Shown here one piece after another: positions 23,675 through 34,793 of a stretch of DNA of 37,464 bases; position 1 is the first letter of the stretch; each line of letters opens with the position of its first letter. The DNA is from Octopus bimaculoides (Eukaryota). A program made the position numbers and the translations under genes. The notes below the pieces were generated by a model. It made no database searches. It was not told the origin of the DNA and was given only the letters and a program-made list of their open reading frames with translations. The stretch spans positions 84,456,523 to 84,493,986 of the forward strand of contig NC_068981.1 in assembly GCF_001194135.2 (NCBI RefSeq). Reading direction: 5' to 3'.

Positions 23675-25037
23675 GTACATACGCCGAGAACCACGCTTAT
23701 AGGTTAGGAGTGAAATTTAGATCTATATGACTTAAATTACGTGGCCGTGTAAGGCGAACCCGTCTCATCAGATATTAGGGGATTAGTAATAGGCATGAGA
23801 TGACTTCTAGATATTAAGCCTTTATAGTCCACCTCAGTCACATTGTGTGAATGCTGTGGAAGCAACATCAGATCATTGTATTTCGTACCACAAATGATAG
23901 GATAGAGTGTTCTCGCAGGTTAATAGCCCAGTCGTTGTTCTGTTGATTGTTAACACATTAGCAGCAGCGGTCTTTGCCTGGTAGCATCCAGGTTTTATGG
24001 TTTAAAGTTAAAATTGAGACTGGATTATAAACCTGTGTGGGGTTGTTGTCTAATCGGGCAGAAGGGATTAAATACCGTTCCGCTGAGTATGTGGCAACCA
24101 GGCCTCGAGTGTCATACCTAGTTTGTCAGCTGCCAGCGATTTGAATTCATTCATAGGGCGTACCTCCGTGCAGTACTAAGAAAGTTCATTGTTCCTGTTT
24201 ATGGACAATACAGGTTGATGGGGTATGTATAGTCTCTCGCAGAGATACAGTTGGCAATTAGGGGTTCAACATAAAGTAGGAGCTTTGTAAATGGTACTCT
24301 GTTTGATGTTGGGAAGTTGTTCCGATGGTCACAGCGTCTCCAGATAAAGCAAGTCAGAGAGGTGGAAATTCCCCTATCCATGTACCTAATGTAGTACATA
24401 TGCTGCGTCCCTGAACCCGAAGAAAGTAAAGAAAATAAAGTAATCTGCTTCAATCATCCATAAAGGTAATTTGGTTCAATCATCCATGTGTTTAAACTAG
24501 AAGTGTTAATTAACATAGCTACGAGCTTCTTGACGCTCATCAGTAAACTTTTCCATAAGCCTCCTAAGTATGGAAAACTCTTAAACCCTCGCTGTAAAGT
24601 CAGTTACTACTGCTTAGAGAACATCGCTTCAAATATTCCACGCTACAATAGATGAAACTACACACTAATACGGCCTCTTATTCACAGCATAAGCTGTAAC
24701 TTCCGAGATCCTAACAACTTCTGAGTGAGGAGAGTCTGCCCCTCCAAGGCTATAGTCTATAGAGCTATTTTCACCACACCGGATGGCATTACATAACACT
24801 ACAAGTGCATAGCAGCCAGTGAGTTTAAAGAAAAGATATACGCGGCATATACATTCCTTCAGGTGTAGAGATAGGGAAAATTCCATCTCCCTGTCCCGCT
24901 TCATCAGGTGACTTAGCAACTATCAGAACGACTTTGAATATATGTGTAGATAAAGACTACTCCGAGTTTCGCATATGCGTGTGCTCAGGGTTTTCAGGCA
25001 AGTTACAAAGTAACTCAACCAAAGTTAATTGATAACC

Positions 25038-25083
<46 letters not shown>

Positions 25084-25093
25084 ATAGACAGAC

Positions 25094-25127
<34 letters not shown>

Positions 25128-25137
25128 ATAGACAGAC

Positions 25138-25171
<34 letters not shown>

Positions 25172-25181
25172 ATAGACAGAC

Positions 25182-25215
<34 letters not shown>

Positions 25216-25311
25216 ATAGACAGACAGATAGATAGATAAATAGACAGACAGATAGATAGATAAATAGACAGACAGATAGATAGATAAATAGACAGACAGA
25301 TAGATAGATAA

Positions 25312-25346
<35 letters not shown>
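25038..25346. repeat. (GATA)n with higher-order 44-bp and 24-bp units
   Basis: The marker 'aaatagacagaca' recurs at 25082, 25126, 25170, 25214, 25238, 25262 and 25286. Confidence 0.95.
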
Positions 25347-26257
25347 TACACACAATATACTGATGGAATCAATAAATGTAGTCCATCCAGGGAGTGATGA
25401 ATATCATTTACTATACACAAGATTTAAATTTGTGCAATGCTATTACTTTCAGGCCGTTAAAGCACGATAATCCGACAGGTTTGTATAACGTGCCGTATGC
25501 TTCAAAGCCATATTTCAGACTCAAATATACAGCATGACTGGTCTCTGAGGAAGAAAAAAAATTAAAAGCCAGAAATGACGCTAGTATTTGAGAAAAAAAA
25601 ATGAATGAGAAAAGATGAGGCAGATGAAAGGAATAAGTAGAATGAGAAGAAAGGAAATTAAGAGTTGCGTCCCTTCCACCAGTTGGAATCAGAATTGATA
25701 TGATTGGTGTAAATTAATTAAATGGTCTAAGGGTCAAAGTTTGTTAGACCGCATGATTAAATCCTGAGAGATTAGTGTTTTCCAGTTCAATAAAAGAAAT
25801 TTGTATTGATGCATGCATTTAATAAAAAAATTCTCAGATCTAGAATGTAGCAGGTCAGCAGAATCTTAAGATTTAAAAAATGATATATTTTGGTTGAACA
25901 AAGCCATTCACGTATAGCGTGGATCCTTCCATAATGCTCCACTTGATGATTTGTAGTATGTAGTTGACATTCAGGCCCCAGATATGGCATGTTAACTTGG
26001 TAGCTTTCTTCTTAGCCACGTGTTGGAAAGGAGAAGCTATGCATCCACACATGCATTTGCATATATTAAAGCCAATATGTGAATTGGAACATACAATTAT
26101 ATAAAACAATTTGTGTAAAATCTCATATTCGTACGTATATAGGAAAATCATGGAGAATTAAATATATGAACACAAATATGTGCATGCTTATATAAGGATT
26201 TGTGAGCAGATATATATAAACACGTATGCACAATACTACAAACGCAACATCAAACAA

Positions 26258-26354
<97 letters not shown>

Positions 26355-26665
26355 AGTAGCATTTACTTGTATATATACAAACATACAAATAGATACAAGA
26401 AGTAATAACAATGTAATTCCTAATATGTCCGTGTATATATAGTTGTGTGTGTACAAATACACACACATACACAAACACACAGACAGACAGAGACAGACAG
26501 ATATACACAATTGTTAATCTTGTCGAGAGTGCTTTTCATATGTGAATATATATTATTCACATACGTGTATGCGTTTTTATACTGTATGCATGTATACGTA
26601 TATGTATATGTATATACACATAACTTACCGGGTATAAGGAAAGTATCAAAGGTATATATACTTTT

Positions 26666-28390
26666 AAAGATAGTTACCTTTATTCCAAACTATATCCTCA
26701 AAACTTTCGAGAGCTGTATTGAAAACGGTTTTGGTTTTGGTTTCTGATGATGGCGTACCACAGGTTTGTACAGCTCATCTATCTTCAATTTTATCTACTG
26801 TCTCGTCTGTTTTCTACTTCAATAGCATTTTTTTTCTTTGTCTTTTCTTTGTTAATATTTTTTCTGCTAAAGATAGTTACCTTTATTCCATACTATATCC
26901 TCAAAACTTTCGAGAACTGTACTGAAAACGGTTTTGGTTTCGATGCAAAATAGAGAAGGAAAAACGATACATGCACGTTGTCTCCCACCTTTCAAATCAC
27001 TCTGTGATGCCCGCATTAATTTTGCCTGTTGTCGTTTTCCTGACAGCAAATTGACTTTAATAACTCTGTAAAACGTATGTTTGCCTTTACCGACCATATT
27101 TTGATATGTTCCCCAATTGTTAATAATAACTTTTAGTGTTATGAATAGCGTCTCTCAATACTTTTCCAACTTGTTCTTCGGCTCACATTTTACTAGAATG
27201 GTTTATTAGTCCAATTTTTCTGTCGTTTGTACATCACATCATGTCTCACTTTTTGGAAAAGAGTTGAAAAAGTATTTAATCTAATCATTTCGTCGTAAAT
27301 TTGAGTTCCATCTTTTTGTGCACAGATTGAATAATATCAATATGGCTTCTTCATAATTTTTTTAAGTTCTGAAGTTTTATCATTTAGACCACGACTTTCG
27401 ATCATTTTCAAACTTTTCGTAACTTTTTTTTTTTTTTGTTCCTTCAGACATTATAAGTGTTAGCATCTCTTTGTGTAGCATAATTTTGATTTCCACCATC
27501 ATAATTAATTTCTTTTTGATTAACATCTGTTTTTGTCTTGCATACGATGTAGCAATATACTCTCCTTCTTTCTTTTATATCTTACCCTTCATAAAACATA
27601 TAACCATTTTGTTTTTGATAGCATCATTTCTGGGTGCAAATTTTCTTGTTATAGATTCACTGTTTTGTAAATGTATTTAATAGTGTGTTTGCCATTGAAT
27701 TTTTCAATCTGATCACAAATGTTTTTGTTGTTTTAATGCTTATCTTTTTTCATAATGGTTTAAATTTCATGGCTCATCTGATGATATCGTTCTCGAGATT
27801 CTGATGATGGCGTACCACAGGTTTGTACAGCTCATCTATCTTCAATTTTATCTACTGTCTCGTCTGTTTTCTACATCAATAGCATTTTTTTCTTTGTCTT
27901 TTCTTTGTTAATATTTTTTCTACTAAAACCGCATTTTCAGCTAGATTCTACATCTCTTCTCGGTGGCTTTGTTTATTACTTTGCCAAAGTTGCTGAAATC
28001 TGTTTTTATTTCAACATTATATTCATTTGGAATGTTTACACGATCGTATCGCTTTGGGGTTTTTCTTTTTGTTATTTTTTTAAAACATTGTGTTATAGCT
28101 ATTAAGACACAATTTAACTTCGCAACAAGTTGATGGTCAGCACATGGAAATTTCTTTAAAATATTTTTTCTTCCCTGTTCAACTTCTCTTCCGTTAAGAA
28201 TCTTACTATCACGAGAATTCTAAGTGTAAATTCGTCTGTGGTGTTGGTTAAACCATGGTTTTAGAAATACAAAATTGATTGGTTTACAGAATTTTCTTGA
28301 TCCTAATGCCCAAACTGAAATTGCTAAACTTTTTACAAGTTTTCATATCTCCACATTTATGGCCAAATATGGGAGCGTTGTCGTATCTTG
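26666..28390 (-). mobile_element. Decayed RTE/BovB-like LINE (APE endonuclease C-terminus and RT N-terminal part)
   Basis: Manual minus-strand translation across stops and frameshifts gives PWFNQHHRRIYT, ADHQLVAKL, PKRYDRVNIPNEYNVEIK, ERYHQMSHEI, DIKER.REY, TNDRKIGLINHSSK and KGGRQRACIVFPSLF. These are collinear with the BovB/RTE motifs RRLYTW, SDHELLIAK, RYDLNQIPYDYTVEV, NYRTIALISHASK and GVRQGCILSPCLF. Confidence 0.8.
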
Positions 28391-29502
28391 ACTATGTTAA
28401 GCCTAGCAGAGCTCGCGCTTTCCACGACAGACACACAGACGCAGGCACAAACATACACTCATTCACTCTCTCTCTCTCACACACACACACACGTGTATGT
28501 GTTTGTATAGATGTGTTCACACAAGTATGCATATATTTCACAAGACTGCAAAAGTAAATAAAGCTGATGATAAAAATTATCTTTCACCTGCAGGAGAAGA
28601 AACCTCGTCATCTCGTTCATAACTACTCCTAATTTAAATTTAAAGCTACTTGAAATGTTCTATGTAGAAAGCAATGTGTTCTAGTGTGTAGGCACAAAGA
28701 TCGCCAAGTTCAGCAGGATACAAGGTTGCAGTATAAGTGAAATGGAGAGGCTTCACACAGCTACTGAATCTATGCTTCGAATTTACCTTATATAAAATGT
28801 GTACAAAGGTAGTCGTTACATTAAGATGTATTCTATTGTTTATTGCGCACCCTCTTATGTCTTCTCGAAATTATCACGCTCCACGAAGAAAAGAATCTGG
28901 ATATCCGTTATAAGATCTGGCTTTCATTTAACAGATATTTGAATTTTTTTACTACTGAGGGTTTTGCGAAACGAATGGTCGAGCTAAAGTAATACATTTG
29001 ATAATATTTAGGCCGCAAAAATGAAGGCATTACTTTTATTATTATTATTATGTTGTTTTTTTTTTCTTCTTTCTTCAAATTTTCTTCCATTTCTCGCCGA
29101 GTGTTTTCCGTACACCTAGGACAGAGAAGCTCATTGTATGCATTCCCAGTTTACACACGCAAATTCACAGGTAAAATATGTATTTAAAAAAAATTAATAA
29201 ATAAATAAATTCATGAATTGATGTTGTTTTCACAGCGATAATGCTCTTCTCAGTACATGGGTCGTTCCAGTTAACATGATTTTTTGCACTTCTTGTAGGG
29301 ATGGCAAGCCTGGTATCATTTTTGAATAAGTTTCACTACCTTTTTTTATTATTCTTAGAGATCCTACAATCACTGGTACGGTAGTCGCCTTGAGATGCCA
29401 CATTTTTTCAATTTCTATTAGTGTTGTGTAAACGCCCCCAGGCGATAAGTAGGCTAGTCCAATACGTATAAATAGCTAAAGGAAAAGTGCCGAGCAGAGC
29501 AG

Positions 29503-29566
29503 AAGAGCGCAAGAGCGCAAGAGCGCAAGAACGCAAGAGCGCAAGAGCGCAAGAACGCAAGAGCGG
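29503..29566. repeat. Octamer tandem repeat (AAGAGCGC)x8 with AAGAACGC variants
   Basis: Read directly. Confidence 0.95.
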
Positions 29567-29585
29567 GAGGGCGAGACGGAGCCGT

Positions 29586-29808
29586 CCAGAATTCTTCCAG
29601 TTCTTCTACTGCTGGTGCTGCAGTAATGTCTATTTTATTTTTACCCAGTTCTTGGTAGAGTTTTTTGAGGTTGGATTTGAACTGTTTGTTTTGTTCAAAG
29701 AAACGTTGGCGTTTCTCATACCGGTGGATCCTTTGTGCTTTGGCAAGGATATCTTGCTTTAGCTTTTCTTTTGCCTCAGGTAAGTCTTTTCTGTAATGTA
29801 TTTGTACA
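29586..29808 (-). mobile_element. R4/Dong-like LINE, pre-RT fragment
   Basis: AQRIHRYEKRQRFFEQNKQFKSNLKKLYQELGK...EELEEFW (in ORF 29454-29903) matches the RRY.KR...QN.LF..N.K.FY...E.FW region that precedes RT in RLE-type LINEs. Confidence 0.7.
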
Positions 29809-30992
29809 GTATTTGTACAAGACATCCCGTGAAGAGATGGTCTATTGTTTGTCAAATTTATCGCAGAATCTGCATTTAGGGTCAGCACCGTTTTGAAGAA
29901 CATTAGCCGGGTAGTTTTTCGTAAGAAAGCTTCAGTTTCTGCTTTCAGTCCTGAGCTTCTCAGCTACTACTGATGGGTTGTTGCTTGATGTACATCAGCA
30001 TTTCGACTTCGAAGTATATATTGTCCATGCAGAGCTTCTGGTTCCACCTCCCCTCAATTTGCTCCTGCCGTTGTTTTTTGCAGTATGTTTGATCCGCTTT
30101 GCTTTTTTCGTGGCAGTGGTTTCAGATTCTTCATCTAATTCAGGTTTAATCCCAATTCCCCTGCGAATTTGGAAGCTTCCTTGACAAAAGAATTTTATTT
30201 TTATACTTTCGTGTTTGCACACCAACCGCAACATCTAGCTAAGTACTTGTTCATTGCTATTGTGGAAATCTTATAGTACAGTTCTACCTACATCATTCCT
30301 CTGTCCATTACTTCTAGATAGGTACAGACGATCAACGTCTGCTTTTGGGTGGTGCATGTTCTTAGCTGTTAGTAGTTTTCTTGTCTTCTTGTCTAGCGTT
30401 GGAGTTCTGTAAGATTCCAGTTAATGATGTTAAAACTGTATGGAACTACTTGAAGTGCCAGAGTGTTAATGGCTTCGATGTGATTTTTGGGGTTGAGTTC
30501 AGTTTTTAGTATGAGTCGTATTTTTCTCTAATAAGCCCTTCGTATTTTTTCCTTCATAGTAGCATGTTGTATATCGTCTCCTTCCTTTATCCCCAGGTAT
30601 TTATAGCTTCCTTGTGGGTCAAGCTCCTTGATGATAGCGTCGATATCTAATTTAATGGAAGCTGTTTGCTTGAGCTTGTCTCTTACAAAAGTTGTTTTAT
30701 CTCACTTATCAAGGCCAAAATCCATCCCAAATGTCATTGCTGAACTCTTTAACACTTGTTAACAGCCCTGCTAGCTCTTCGTAATTTCTAGCAAATAATT
30801 TCAGATCATCCATATAAAACAAATGATTTATTATAATATCATACATTTTCAACTCATACCCGGTGTTACTCAGCTCGTCTGGGAGTGGGATCAGTGCATG
30901 CAAAAGAGTAATGGGGAGGAGTCACCTTGAAAGCTTCCTCGTTTGATGTTGATGTTATTAGATTGACTCATCCCATTACTATAGTTGAGAAA

Positions 30993-30994
<2 letters not shown>
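29809..30994 (-). mobile_element. R4/Dong-like LINE fragment: RT core, thumb and CCHC knuckle (pseudogenised)
   Basis: RGSFQGDS, NHLFYMDDLKLF (YMDD at 30805-30816), YKYLG, HHPKADVDRLYL, LHGQY, SSGLKAETE and DPKCRFC...DHL..GC, interrupted by stops and frameshifts. Confidence 0.88.

Positions 30995-31060
<66 letters not shown>
30995..31060. repeat. (ATT)n microsatellite. Also (GTT/CTTGTT)n 31638-31754, (ATT)n 32218-32307 and (ATT)(ATC)n 33005-33056
   Basis: Read directly. These tracts delimit the retroelements in the 29.6-33 kb stack. Confidence 0.95.
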
Positions 31061-31062
<2 letters not shown>

Positions 31063-31637
31063 GGAGTGAGAGATTAGCGCATGCAATCAAAGTGACACTG
31101 GGGTACAAATATACGAAGCCCAATATCCCCGTCTGATAACGTTACATCAGACTACCCGTCTGATAACGTTACACCAGGCACATCCATCACAACCATTTGT
31201 GCGCGACATGGTAATCTCATATCAAGATAAACAACGCATGACCTTGCAGGTGGGGCCCAGTTAGAATTTTCTTCAGGTCGAGTAACCCAGCCTACTCAAA
31301 AGGTTCCTGAATAAGGTTTGTTTTAATGATGATAAAAAAAAACATCCATGTTTCTAGAGGTGAATTATTTAAGCCCCACAAAATTCCTTTCAACACATGG
31401 TTATGATTCTCCTCCAGTGCTTCTGCTCATGATCAGAGATGCATATATCGTCAGCCACTAAGAGACATGTCCAACTGGTTATGATCAAACAATTGACAAG
31501 CAAATCTATGGTATTGAGCAGTATATTTGTTGTAGCACATCTTTTATACCAAGACAAAGCAATGTACATGATATCGCTTCCAATCAATTAAGATCAAAAG
31601 CCATGAGAACCACTGCCTGGTGCTGTATCAGGACATT
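31061..31637 (-). mobile_element. About 580-bp non-coding retroposon (SINE-like) with (AAT)n tail
   Basis: Non-coding block sharply bounded by two microsatellites. Recalled as an abundant octopus repeat ('...catgagaaccactgcctggtgctgtatcagg'). Orientation inferred from the AAT tail. Confidence 0.55.
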
Positions 31638-31666
31638 GCTGCTACTGTTGTTGTTGCTGTTGTTGC

Positions 31667-31727
<61 letters not shown>

Positions 31728-31754
31728 CTTGTTCTTGTTCTTGTTCTTGTTGTT

Positions 31755-32215
31755 CATATACGCACAACAGATTAGACTGTTGGAAAAGAAAATTTCCTAC
31801 AATCAGGCTACAAGTAACCTTAGATGCCAAGAACTCTCCTAAGTATCCTAGCTGTCCCCAATAACACTGTTTTCTGGAGCTTTCCTCTGTCCATCTGTTC
31901 AATTTTTTCGGAACAGTTCCTAATGCACCTATAACTACTGGGATACATTTTACCCGCACTTTCCATAGTCTCTGTAATTCAAAGGCTAGGTCCTAGTNNN
32001 NNNNNNNCTACTCTTCTTGTCTACTACTACTAAATCATGCCTTCTAGTTTCTATTACTCTCTCAATCTGAATGTTAAAGTCCCACAGCATCTTATATTTC
32101 TTACTTTCTTGTACTTTACTAGGTTCATGTTCATACCACTATCAGTATAGCCAAATAGTAGCTTTCTACATAACTCCCAGTGGATTGCTCTATGTAGGTT
32201 GTCACGTCTTTTCTT

Positions 32216-32217
<2 letters not shown>
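31755..32217 (-). mobile_element. R4/Dong-like LINE 3' end, copy 1 (RLE domain), 5'-truncated
   Basis: Minus strand encodes AIHWEL, WYEHEPSKV, KMLWDFNIQ and RVKCIPVVIGALGTVPKKL. Short 3' UTR with an (AAC)n tail. Confidence 0.85.
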
Positions 32218-32286
<69 letters not shown>

Positions 32287-32307
32287 ATTATTATTATTAT
32301 TATTATT

Positions 32308-33003
32308 TTCATACACACTCAACAGATTAGACAGTTGGAAAAGAAAAAATCCTAACATCGGGCAATAACAAGTAACCTTAGATGCCAAGAACCCTTCTAA
32401 TTATCCTAGCTGTCCCTTATAGGACTGTTTTCTGGAGCTGTACTAAGCTAGGTTTTATGCCTATTTCCTCTATCCATCTGTTCAGATATTTAGGGATAGT
32501 TCCCAATGCACTTATGACAACTGGGATACAGTTTACCCACACTTTCCATAGTCACTGTAATTCAATAGCGTGATCCTGGTACTTTGCTATTTTCTCTATA
32601 CTTCTCATATTAATTTTTTTACCATTTGGGACTGTCAATTATCTGACATTTTCTATTTTTTTTATCTACTACTACCAAATCAGATTTTCTAGCTTCTATT
32701 ACTCTGTCAGTTTGAATGTTAAAGTCCCACAACATCTTGTATTTCTTAATTTCTAGTACTTTACTAGGTTCATGTTTATACCATTTATCAGTGTGTTTAA
32801 ATCGTAGCTTTCTACAAAGCTCCCAGTGTATTGCTCTCCCTAGATTGTCATGTCTTTTCTTGTATTCTTGCTGTGCAAGCATGCTACATTCACTTACTAT
32901 ATGGGTAACGCTTTCCTCTTTTGATTTGCATAACCTACATTGGGAATCGACTTGGTTTTTGTCTATCTTGGCTTTTATCCAACTAGTCCTTAATGCTTGA
33001 TCT
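32308..33003 (-). mobile_element. R4/Dong-like LINE 3' end, copy 2 (zinc knuckle and RLE), 5'-truncated
   Basis: DQALRT..QCRLC...HIVSEC, then ORF 32619-32882 (YKKRHDNLGRAIHWELC...LWDFNIQTD...ARKSDLVVVDK..IID). After a frameshift come EKIAKYQD...GTARIIRRVLGI*, a roughly 70-nt 3' UTR and an (AAT)n tail. Confidence 0.9.
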
Positions 33004-33019
33004 CATTATTATTATTATT

Positions 33020-33054
<35 letters not shown>

Positions 33055-33199
33055 TAACTGTTTTCAGATATATTTAATGACACTGGTCATATTAAAATTC
33101 GGCGGCTTCTTTACATTTATGTCTTGTTCAATCTCCTCCGAGTTTTTTGATCGATTTGAGATGAGATCGTAAATTTGAGTTAGCTACGATAGCAACTTA

Positions 33200-33540
33200 A
33201 CTTTTATTTATTTATATTTTTATCAAACATGAAGTGCTTGAATAAACGAGTACTTTGTTTAGGGGCATTGTCATGCACCAGGATCTATTTGAGTAAGAAA
33301 ATAGTTACCTGGATAGAGAAAAGAATATATTCTTTCGAGGTATTTTTATATTTCTTGATACATGGTGGCAGATACGATAAATAATAGAAGGATCTTATCT
33401 CTGTATCACTTTACGGTAATCTGGAGGCAGTTATATTTCAGGTCTTTGCTAAAGCTATCTCATAAAACCTTCCATCAGATCCGAACAATTTGAACTTCAA
33501 TTTACCCATCCTCTCCACAAGAGTCTAATCTATATGGATT
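33200..33540 (-). mobile_element. Tc1-like transposase remnant
   Basis: Minus strand gives KFKLFGSDGR (33468-33497; Tc1 ESKFNLFGSDGR), TMYQEI and LVHDNAP (HDN at 33267-33275), in the correct order. Confidence 0.65.
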
Positions 33541-33796
33541 TGCTGGCAAATCAAAGAAAATCTTTGGTATGTTAACAGATACCAATTTCTAAGTGAATAA
33601 ATGACTTCGAGGAGTCGGTCACTGAGTCGACAAACAGCCAACTCTAATAACCTGAGTCAGTTGTGCATGTCTCAATTCTTGATTAACGTCGAATGCAGTT
33701 ATTTGGCAAACTATCTCTACTAGTCTGTGAATGGCTGTCTTCTGTTAAGATATGTTCACACACACACACTCAGACACACACATGCACACTCAGACA

Positions 33797-33879
<83 letters not shown>

Positions 33880-34126
33880 NNNNNNNNNNNNNNNNNNNNN
33901 NNNNNNNNNNNNNNNNNNNNNNNNNNNNNNNNNNNNNNNNNNNNNNNNNNNNNNNNNNNNNNNNNNNNNNNNNNNNNNNNNNNNNNNNNNNNNNNNNNNN
34001 NNNNNNNNNNNNNNNNNNNNNNNNNNNNNNNNNNNNNNNNNNNNNNNNNNNNNNNNNNNNNNNNNNNNNNNNNNNNNNNNNNNNNNNNNNNNNNNNNNNN
34101 NNNNNNNNNNNNNNNNNNNNNNNNNN

Positions 34127-34202
<76 letters not shown>

Positions 34203-34459
34203 GGAGAGATGCAGGAAGATTTCAACATCGGTATAGATTTATATATACACCTAATAAAAATAGATGTTCCTAGATGTGGCAACTGGACGGACATAATTCT
34301 GAGCAGTATAGTATTAAAAGTGAAAGTAGTCATTTTATTATTATTTTTTATGATGAAATCCCTGAATCCACTTCACATTTACAGGAATATCCCAAACATT
34401 TAATGTGGAACCTCCAAGCACTTGGCGCGCTAGGTGACTTTTCGAGTTACTGATAGATT

Positions 34460-34793
34460 GAACGGGTTCCAGAAATAGGTTCCAGTAAAAATGTAAAGAT
34501 CCCCTTCATGCATGAATGACCATGGGATTGCACCTAGAAGCTTACCTTCTACGGCGCAAGTCCGGGCAAGGTTATTTATGGAAGACCAGTAGCCACTTAC
34601 GTATACCAGCCTCCCCTCTCTACGCCAACGATGTTATTCAATAGAAAAGCAGCGGCCGATGCAGCTTGGCACCAGTGACGTCGCAATTCATTTTTACAAC
34701 TCAGTGAATTGGCGCAACGTGCTAAAAAAAGAACACAACACTACTTCATGATTAGGAGCCCGATGCTCTAACCACTGAGTCTTGCGCATTCAC
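34460..34793 (-). mobile_element. tRNA-derived SINE family D, degenerate
   Basis: The minus strand starts 'gtgaatgcgcaagactcagtggttagagc' (A-box-like), then 'gtgttgtgttc' and body 'gcgacgtcactggtgccaagctgcatcggcc'. Confidence 0.65.

Noticed and set aside
25038-25346. Periodic repeat resembling a CRISPR array
   Set aside because: The spacers are GATA runs rather than unique sequence, and the context is eukaryotic.
25780-26060. Possible second Tc1 remnant (HIWG motif)
   Set aside because: Only one weak motif; no DNA/HDNA or SPDL motif recoverable.
26744-26790. CTGATGATGGC as a hammerhead or Penelope end, with 27000-27130 as a GIY-YIG fragment
   Set aside because: The region translates collinearly as RTE LINE ORF on the minus strand, and no GAAA or stems are present.
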